Assembly (NCBI RefSeq): GCF_020745735.1
Contig: NC_083409.1
Span: 57,246,048-57,310,047, forward strand
Length of the DNA: 64,000 nt
From: Hemiscyllium ocellatum
Lineage: Eukaryota
Reading direction: 5' to 3'
Each line of letters starts with the position of its first letter. Position 1 is the stretch's first letter. The notes under the pieces are model-generated. The model saw only the letters and a list, made by a program, of their open reading frames with translations. It did not search any database and was not told the DNA's origin. Both the position numbers and the translations under genes were made by a program. Below are positions 60,601 to 64,000 of the stretch, in pieces.

Positions 60601-62310
60601 CATCGCCAGACCATAACAACATGACGGTTGGAGGAAGAGCGCCTCATCTTCCACCTGGGAACCCTCCAACCACAAGGGATGAACTCCGATTTCTCCAGTT
60701 TCCTCATTTCTCCTCCCCCCACCTTGTCTCAGTCGAATCCCTCGAACTCGGCACCGCCTTCCTAACCTGCAATCTTCTTCCTGACCTCTCCGTCCCCACC
60801 CCACTCCGGCCTATCGCCCTCACCTTGACCTCCTTCCACCTATCACATCTCCATCGCCCCTCCCCCAAGTCCCTCCTCCCTACCTTTTATCTTAGCCTGC
60901 TGGACACACTCTCCTCATTCCTGATGAAGGGCTTATGTCCGAAACGTCGAATTTCCTGTTCCTTGGATGCTGCCTGACCTGCTGCGCTCTTCCAGCAACG
61001 CATTTTCAGCTCTGATACTCCAGCATCTGCAGACCTCACTTTCTCCTGTTTGATGATATTGTAGAGTAAACCCCATAGCTGTGGGTCTGGAGTCACATGG
61101 CAGATTCCCTTTTTCTAAAGGGCACTAGTGAACTGGGTGTATTTTTGCAACAAGCAACAAAACTAGTTTCATGGATCACCATTAGGTGAGCTAAAGTTGT
61201 TTAATTCCTGATTTATTAATTGAATTCAGATTGCACCATCAGCTTTTGTTTAATTTGAACTGAAACCCCAGGACTTGGGTCTCTGGATTGCTAGTCCAGT
61301 ATCACTTGCCATCACCTCCCCAGTTGGTGTAAATGGTTCAACATTGTTCTGACTGCAAGTTTATTAATTGAGCCTAAAATCAATTGCTGGAAAATCTCAT
61401 CCAGGTCTGGCAGCATCTGTGGAGAGAAGGCAGAGTGAACATTTTGGGTCCAGTGACCCTTCTGTTCTGCACTGTGAATCATAGAACCCTACAGCACGGA
61501 ACTAGGCCATTAGGGCCATTGAGTCCACACCGGCCCTCTGAAGAGCATCCCCCCTACTCTAATCCCTCTACTCCTGTAACTCCACATTTCCCATGGCTAA
61601 TCCATCTGGCTTGTACATCTTTGGACTGTGGGAGGAAACTGGAGCACCTGGAGGAAACCCACACAGACAGGGAGAATGTGGAAGCTCTCACACAGTTGTC
61701 CAAGGCTAGAATTGAGCCTGGGTTCCTGACGCTGAAGCAGCAGTCCTAACTACTGAGCCACCATGCCATTCAACCCTGCTGAATTCTATCGACTAATGTT
61801 GACTTTGCTTTCTTTCCACAGATACTGCTAGGCTTGTTGAGCTTTCCAACAATTTGTTGTTTCTGATTTTTGGCATCCATAATTCTGGTTTTTTTTTATT
61901 AATGGAGCAATGATCAGACTTTCACTGAAGCCTCCTTTTTTGTAATAATAAAGCCTTCTGAAACATTCATTGCATGGCTTGCAAGGGTCCAAAGGGACTC
62001 CTTCCATGCTTTATCAGTTGCACTTTCAGAGCCGAGATCATCATTTTTCTTGTTTGAGGGTTCCCCTGGAGATTTTCTTTGAGGTTGCAGTTTGATTTTC
62101 AGGGGCTTTTTATTCATGCTCACTAATTTATTAGATAATTCTGTCATGTAGCAATAAATCTTCTGTTACAAATATATAAGATTAATCTCTCTCAGAATTC
62201 AGCAAGTTCCTCAATATCCTCAACTTTTCATGTATTTTTATTGGTCTTAGGTATCAGCCCCAACTTTTGTTCAGACATCTGCAGCTCCTGTTGAAATGTT
62301 CTATAACCAG
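3565..62310 (+). CDS. RAVER2: RAVER-family ribonucleoprotein PTB-binding protein (RAVER2-like), partial spliced gene with 12 internal exons; start and stop exons lie outside the window
   Basis: Exons 3565-3631, 17573-18042, 19666-19854, 23094-23220, 27135-27217, 32192-32287, 43477-43585, 45554-45834, 49070-49184, 50078-50253, 50583-50672 and 62251-62310 all have AG/GT boundaries and compatible phases. They encode RRM sequence ([11 protein letters not shown]1) and LLGxxP-type motifs. [34 protein letters not shown] and NQTSLLG fit recalled RAVER2 better than RAVER1. Confidence 0.88.
3972..7970 (-). mobile_element. Near full-length CR1 LINE (ORF1 zinc finger/coiled coil + SGNH esterase; ORF2 APE endonuclease + RT), disrupted
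   Basis: ORF1 pieces: CSSC..CKKC followed by heptads (7492..7854) and [17 protein letters not shown] (7082..7552). ORF2 pieces: [42 protein letters not shown]. Multiple frameshifts. Confidence 0.95.
9050..9985 (+). mobile_element. CR1 LINE 3' fragment (RT C-terminus and tail)
   Basis: [10 protein letters not shown] at ~9059; ORF 9473..9913 [27 protein letters not shown]. Confidence 0.92.
11717..11950. mobile_element. Fold-back PLE terminal insertion (inverted arms 11717-11815 / 11819-11918) with hammerhead-like motif
   Basis: ~99-bp inverted arms around a 3-nt spacer; PLE-type tail continues to ~11950; imperfect TSD ctagccttgcctctaac (11703-11719) / ctacccttgactctagc (11949-11965). Confidence 0.85.
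11816..11856 (+). ncRNA. Minimal type I hammerhead ribozyme motif, U3-A8 core variant
   Basis: GAGCT-TTGACAA-A-GG(A/G)TC-AGTTA-GACT(T/C)-GAAA-CGTC^AGCTC; helix I GAGCT/AGCTC. Confidence 0.65.
12195..13537 (+). mobile_element. CR1 LINE, 5'-truncated (RT and 3' UTR), similar to the subfamily at 1127-2687
   Basis: ORF 12313..12735 ([22 protein letters not shown]) and downstream fragments; CR1 tail ending ctctctgactctat. Confidence 0.92.
15476..15840 (+). mobile_element. Penelope-like element (probably Penelope/Poseidon type), 3' fragment with inverted 5' pLTR piece and an 11-bp TSD
   Basis: GIY-YIG C-terminus ([28 protein letters not shown]); 15475-15494 is the exact reverse complement of 15791-15810; TSD CCTATGTTACT at 15465-15475 and 15841-15851. 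Confidence 0.85.
15730..15769 (+). ncRNA. Minimal type I hammerhead ribozyme motif (PLE family 2)
   Basis: CCA-CTGATGA-T-GTTACCT-AGCC-AGGTAAT-GAAA-CATC^TGG; 7-bp helix II, 3-bp helix I. Confidence 0.75.
16240..16553 (-). mobile_element. CR1 3' tail fragment
   Basis: Highly similar to 1127-1410. Confidence 0.9.
17573..18042 (+). CDS. RAVER2: RAVER2 exon (end of RRM1, RRM2, start of RRM3)
   Basis: tttcag|CT TTT ATT...TGT CAG|gtatgt; 470 nt; ORF track 17584..18171 contains [21 protein letters not shown]. Confidence 0.96.
19666..19854 (+). CDS. RAVER2: RAVER2 exon (RRM3: [16 protein letters not shown]...[14 protein letters not shown])
   Basis: gtcag|CTT...TTG|gtaagt; 189 nt. Confidence 0.94.
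21400..22160 (+). mobile_element. Old degenerate CR1 RT/3' fragment
   Basis: VDVVDLDF-like segment, aggtttgctgataat (RFADN) and a CR1-like tail. Confidence 0.7.
22200..23000 (+). mobile_element. 3' fragment of a CR1/L2-group LINE (same family as 51545-52160 and 54115-61320)
   Basis: [27 protein letters not shown], frameshifted from [19 protein letters not shown]; tail ends atgaataaaa. Confidence 0.75.
23094..23220 (+). CDS. RAVER2: RAVER2 exon ([42 protein letters not shown])
   Basis: gaag|TTG...AAA A|gtgagt; 127 nt; KGLLPEPN is conserved in RAVERs. Confidence 0.93.
24232..24480 (-). mobile_element. CR1 3' tail fragment (older subfamily)
   Basis: Reverse complement of a CR1 tail (ccccataacccttgatt...ttctcatctcagtctta). 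Confidence 0.7.
25191..25371. mobile_element. Asymmetric fold-back PLE terminal fragment
   Basis: Minus arm 25191-25280; plus arm 25281-25371 starts at hammerhead helix II (aggtc-acca-gacct-gaaat-gtt). Confidence 0.7.
25660..26735 (+). mobile_element. CR1 3' fragment interrupted by a PLE terminal fragment (~26315-26560)
   Basis: [20 protein letters not shown]; the CR1 tail is split between ggaatgacctgc and agaggaagtggtggatgca. Confidence 0.85.
26435..26469 (+). ncRNA. Minimal type I hammerhead motif in a PLE fragment (partly decayed)
   Basis: AGTC-CTGAAGA-A-GGGT-TAC-ATCC-GAAA-CATT^GACT; helix I AGTC/GACT. Confidence 0.65.
27135..27217 (+). CDS. RAVER2: RAVER2 exon ([28 protein letters not shown])
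   Basis: ctag|AT...CAG|gtaatt; 83 nt, phase 1 to 0. Confidence 0.87.
27833..28312 (+). mobile_element. CR1 3' fragment
   Basis: ORF 27854..28117 [17 protein letters not shown]; tail ends ctctatgactct. Confidence 0.92.
30190..32062 (+). mobile_element. Old degenerate CR1 ORF2 and tail
   Basis: QHGFMKG, PQGSVLG (ccacagggatcagtgctggga), [12 protein letters not shown]. Confidence 0.8.
32192..32287 (+). CDS. RAVER2: RAVER2 exon ([32 protein letters not shown])
   Basis: attag|AAT...AAT|gtgagt; 96 nt; resembles the recalled RAVER2 segment before KPGLLG. Confidence 0.85.
32644..33267 (-). mobile_element. Solo LTR (same family as 35079-35671 and 54826-55437)
   Basis: TG...CA ends; tgttatggaccag is the reverse complement of the family end ctggtccataaca; AATAAA on the minus strand. 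Confidence 0.7.
33900..36110 (+). mobile_element. Old CR1 ORF2 remnant hosting a PLE tail (34822-34953, minus) and a solo LTR
   Basis: [25 protein letters not shown] and GVPQRSLLG remnants. Confidence 0.75.
35079..35671 (+). mobile_element. Solo LTR inserted into the CR1 RT (at the KVP-H motif)
   Basis: TGTGA...ATAACA ends; AATAAA at ~35530; CR1 coding sequence resumes on both sides. Confidence 0.75.
37090..37975 (-). mobile_element. Possible Gypsy-type LTR retrotransposon 3' remnant (integrase C-terminus, PPT-like run, LTR), interrupted by a SINE
   Basis: [14 protein letters not shown]...KHVDH resembles the Gypsy integrase C-terminal module; on the minus strand purine-rich ggagagg precedes TGTAGTG at 37305. 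Confidence 0.45.
37487..37793 (+). mobile_element. HE1-type V-SINE (tRNA head, V domain, CR1-derived tail)
   Basis: B-box-like gattcgattcc; V domain gagtttgcacattctccccatgtctgcgtgggttttctccgggtgctccggtttcctcccaca; CR1-like tail. Confidence 0.9.
38132..38602 (-). mobile_element. Second copy of PLE family 2 with an inverted pLTR piece (38535-38602) and a decayed hammerhead
   Basis: Reverse-complement similar to 15500-15840; TSD-like atcttctacag (38121-38131) / attttctacag (38603-38613). Confidence 0.82.
39200..40840 (+). mobile_element. Old degenerate CR1 ORF2 remnant
   Basis: [23 protein letters not shown] and RGDLFKA remnants. Confidence 0.7.
42543..42630 (+). mobile_element. Short PLE terminal fragment starting at the hammerhead core, with a 23-bp TSD
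   Basis: cctgatgaagggcttgttcccaaaacattgg...; TSD ctgttgagagaattagctcattt (42520-42542) / ctgttgagagaatgaactcattt (42631-42653), 2 mismatches. Confidence 0.82.
43477..43585 (+). CDS. RAVER2: RAVER2 exon ([17 protein letters not shown]...GILADSPK)
   Basis: ttgcag|AAG...AAG G|gtaaat; 109 nt; PRI-like motif. Confidence 0.9.
45554..45834 (+). CDS. RAVER2: RAVER2 exon (low-complexity linker GIPVPALP...[11 protein letters not shown])
   Basis: gcag|GT ATT...TGG|gtaagt; 281 nt open frame; phase matches neighbours. Confidence 0.82.
46615..46749 (-). mobile_element. PLE terminal fragment with a decayed hammerhead (a related copy lies at 46301-46396)
   Basis: Minus strand reads ctgcaga-a-gggtc-actg-gaccc-aaatc; same tail family as 11819-11950. 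Confidence 0.7.
49070..49184 (+). CDS. RAVER2: RAVER2 exon ([38 protein letters not shown])
   Basis: acag|ACT...CAA G|gtaaga; 115 nt; SLLGxPP...NPYLN RAVER signature. Confidence 0.92.
50078..50253 (+). CDS. RAVER2: RAVER2 exon ([10 protein letters not shown]...SCGEYSQ)
   Basis: ttcag|TT...CAG|gtagag; 176 nt; phase 1 to 0. Confidence 0.8.
50583..50672 (+). CDS. RAVER2: Probable RAVER2 exon ([30 protein letters not shown])
   Basis: gtag|GAT...GAG|gtaagt; 90 nt, phase 0-0, strong donor, non-repeat sequence. Confidence 0.65.
51545..52160 (-). mobile_element. 3' fragment of the CR1/L2-group LINE, with a PLE terminal insert at 51781-51903
   Basis: Reverse-complement similar to 22440-23000; the insert reads ctgacga-a-gaatc-atct-gacc-aaaac-gtt on the minus strand. 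Confidence 0.7.
52380..54090 (+). mobile_element. Old CR1 ORF1 esterase / ORF2 endonuclease remnant
   Basis: [18 protein letters not shown] and SDQNMLEF (APE-like) remnants. Confidence 0.65.
54826..55437 (+). mobile_element. Solo LTR (third family member)
   Basis: TGTGA...ctggtccatgACA; flanks attg / gttg (4-bp TSD with one mismatch). Confidence 0.72.
57353..57388 (+). ncRNA. Minimal type I hammerhead ribozyme, upstream pLTR copy
   Basis: ATTC-CTGATGA-A-GGGT-TTAT-GCCC-GAAA-CATC^GAAT. Confidence 0.8.
57520..60765 (+). pseudogene. PLE polyprotein (N-terminal domain, RT, GIY-YIG endonuclease), disrupted
   Basis: Pieces in ORFs 57529, 57566, 57729, 58994 and 59550; frameshifts and an in-frame TAA at 59532; putative start reads ACG at 57520. 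Confidence 0.85.
58371..58503 (+). repeat. Imperfect tandem repeat (aaccccgcccccac..) encoding NPAPTP units inside the PLE ORF
   Basis: NPAATL, NPAPTP x3 and IPAPTP in ORF 57729..59129. Confidence 0.8.
60917..60952 (+). ncRNA. Minimal type I hammerhead ribozyme, downstream pLTR copy (intact core)
   Basis: ATTC-CTGATGA-A-GGGC-TTAT-GTCC-GAAA-CGTC^GAAT; GUC triplet, cleavage predicted after 60948. Confidence 0.87.
61477..61768 (-). mobile_element. HE1-type V-SINE lying between the arms of a fold-back PLE fragment (61376-61470 / 61793-61893)
   Basis: Reverse complement of the V domain (tgtgggaggaaactggagcacctggaggaaacccac); tRNA head tggcatggtggctcagtagtt on the minus strand. Confidence 0.88.
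62251..62310 (+). CDS. RAVER2: Probable RAVER2 exon ([20 protein letters not shown])
   Basis: T-rich tract, cttag|GTA...CAG|gtaaga; 60 nt, phase 0-0. Confidence 0.6.
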
Positions 62311-64000
62311 GTAAGAAATCGAAAATGTATCCAAGCAAATGAGCACCTATGAGTATCATAAACTTTCAGGAAAGCTTCTACAAAAATTGCCAATGTTGGT
62401 AATTTCTTATGAATTTTACTTTTGCACGGAAAGTAATTCTTTCAAACTTCTCTCTTTCAATTTTTCGATGTTTAACTAATGGCTCTTGATGTTGGATAAA
62501 TTCTAAATGAATATGACAAAGTTGTCATTCTTGCTTTTCATTTTTAGAAATCAAATCTCTGTTCCCCAGTTAGTTATATAGGTATTTTTTGTTCCACCTG
62601 TTCAGAGTTGTCAGTACACACCTCTGAAGTAGGTGAGAGCTGGCCCAGAGGTCGGGAAACTACCATTGCACCACAAGGGACCTACCTGTTAATTGTATGT
62701 CACTTGTCTTTAATTACATATCGATAGAGAGCATTAGTTGCATTTTCCATGCATTTTTAAAAGGCGATACTGAAATTTGGGTTTAATTGAAGTGGGAGGT
62801 ATGTACTTGTAATGTCTTCCTTTCTAAATATTAGACTAAATAAAAATTGCCTTAAATTCTATCCTTTAACTGACCCTTTTGAATAAAGCACACTACCAGT
62901 TCTTGAGCATTTTGCATAATAGATGTTCTTCATTTAGACTTTTTCAGCCAATTTAGCTGTATTGTACATTTTTACTCCATAATTGTATAGTTTTTTTATA
63001 TGCGAGATTAATATTTTATGTTCCCTTCTAAGCCATTTTTTAAAAGTGCATTTCTTGGCCCTTTGATAATGAAAGGCTCCTAATTTGCATTACTGATTTT
63101 AATATTGAATACAAGAACATGACAAATGGCACAGGCTTTATGCTAATTAATGTATAATTTTGCTTCTGTATGCATGAAGGAATGTTGAATATCCCATCTG
63201 CAATTTCTGTTGCCAAGGTATAGACCACCTGCATTTTGAGTGTAACTAACTCTCTTCACGCATTTAGTGACTTGAATTTATTTTATTTGAAAAAACCAGT
63301 CCAAAGAACACACCAGTCATCTCATCAACTTGGGACTTATATGTTTGGCAAAGTCCAGAAAACCTATTTAATATATTTGTCAGTGTACTACTTGTCTTAA
63401 CTTGATTGACAAGGTAATTGGAAGTATTCTATACAGATGAAACTCTTTGTAAAGGATAGCTTTGCTTGTTTACTGTCACAAAAAGTGCAACACACTGATG
63501 AAATTTCAAAACTGCTTTCTCTACCCCATCCTTGTTTTGGTTGTTGCTTTCAAAAAAAGTGAACTTCTGGATCCTATTGTATATTTTATGGAAACAACTA
63601 GGAGGAAAATAAATCAACTATTTTGCATATTGGCTGTGATTCTCAGGACTGGATGTAAAAATTGGAAATTTATGATGTAGAGTATGACAATACTGTAAAG
63701 CACTTGATTTTGAATGTGATTGAATGAAAATGCAGAATAGCTCATGGAATTTGGATGTGAGAGGTGAATAAGCCTTAATGCAGAGGATATTGTGAATTTT
63801 GAAAATTTGGCAATTGTATATGTCGTCTTCTGTTCTCCATGAGACCAAGAAAGGTGTTGAAATAATCAGTTCTGATGTGATTGCAAAGTTGATAATGGTT
63901 AGGATGTCTCTGAAAGTTGCAAAAGTCTGGAACAACTGTGAAATGGTGGAAATGAGCTTCAAATCTCTGTCCTGTTTAATTATCGAGACAAGTTTCCATT

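Larger units (their letters stand above)
56751..61047 (+). mobile_element. Penelope-like retroelement, Neptune type, partial-tandem structure with ~730-bp direct repeats (56751-57483 and 60325-61047)
   Basis: [27 protein letters not shown] (59651-59665), LPFLD, and a GIY-YIG with CxxC ([22 protein letters not shown]); TSD CTGTTTGA at 56745-56752 and 61046-61053, including 2-nt microhomologies. Confidence 0.95.
54115..61320 (-). mobile_element. Old CR1/L2-group LINE with a tRNA-like 5' head, interrupted by a solo LTR and the Neptune PLE
   Basis: Minus strand: A/B-box-like head 61320-61250; APE remnants 56615-56090 ([24 protein letters not shown]); RT remnants (AFEI*AAFD, GIPQGSV) 54490-54260. 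Confidence 0.65.

Noticed and set aside
60027-60977. 316-aa Pro/Ser-rich ORF and the antisense ORFs at 58023-60804
   Set aside because: Alternate-frame readings of C-rich PLE sequence that has few stop codons; no independent motifs.
56751-61047. LTR retrotransposon interpretation of the long direct repeats
   Set aside because: The repeats contain GIY-YIG coding sequence and lack TG..CA ends; there is no gag or integrase. The structure is the partial tandem typical of PLEs.
1-64000. CRISPR array, operon or prokaryotic defence system
   Set aside because: No regularly spaced repeat-spacer array; the DNA is vertebrate intron/exon sequence.

Overview
This is eukaryotic, intron-rich DNA, almost certainly from a cartilaginous fish (shark): it carries HE1-type V-SINEs and dense CR1 LINEs. 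The window lies inside one plus-strand gene, a RAVER-family RNA-binding protein (most likely RAVER2). Twelve internal exons (3565-62310) have AG/GT ends and continuous reading phase; the first and last exons lie outside the window. The introns hold many CR1 copies (one near full length at 3972-7970), a CR1/L2-group LINE with a tRNA-like head, three related solo LTRs, SINEs and at least three Penelope-like element (PLE) families, including a 4.3 kb partial-tandem Neptune-type element (56751-61047). The most notable signal is a dispersed set of minimal type I hammerhead ribozyme (HHR) motifs in the PLE termini, whose helices covary between copies. They include a ~200 bp fold-back insertion with a U3-A8 compensatory core and short TSD-flanked inserts that start at the ribozyme core. 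HHRs in PLEs are already known; the core variant, the boundary clustering and the tRNA-headed LINE are the parts that may be new. No database search was possible, so family names rest on motif recognition and recalled human RAVER sequences. TE boundaries are approximate unless a TSD is given.
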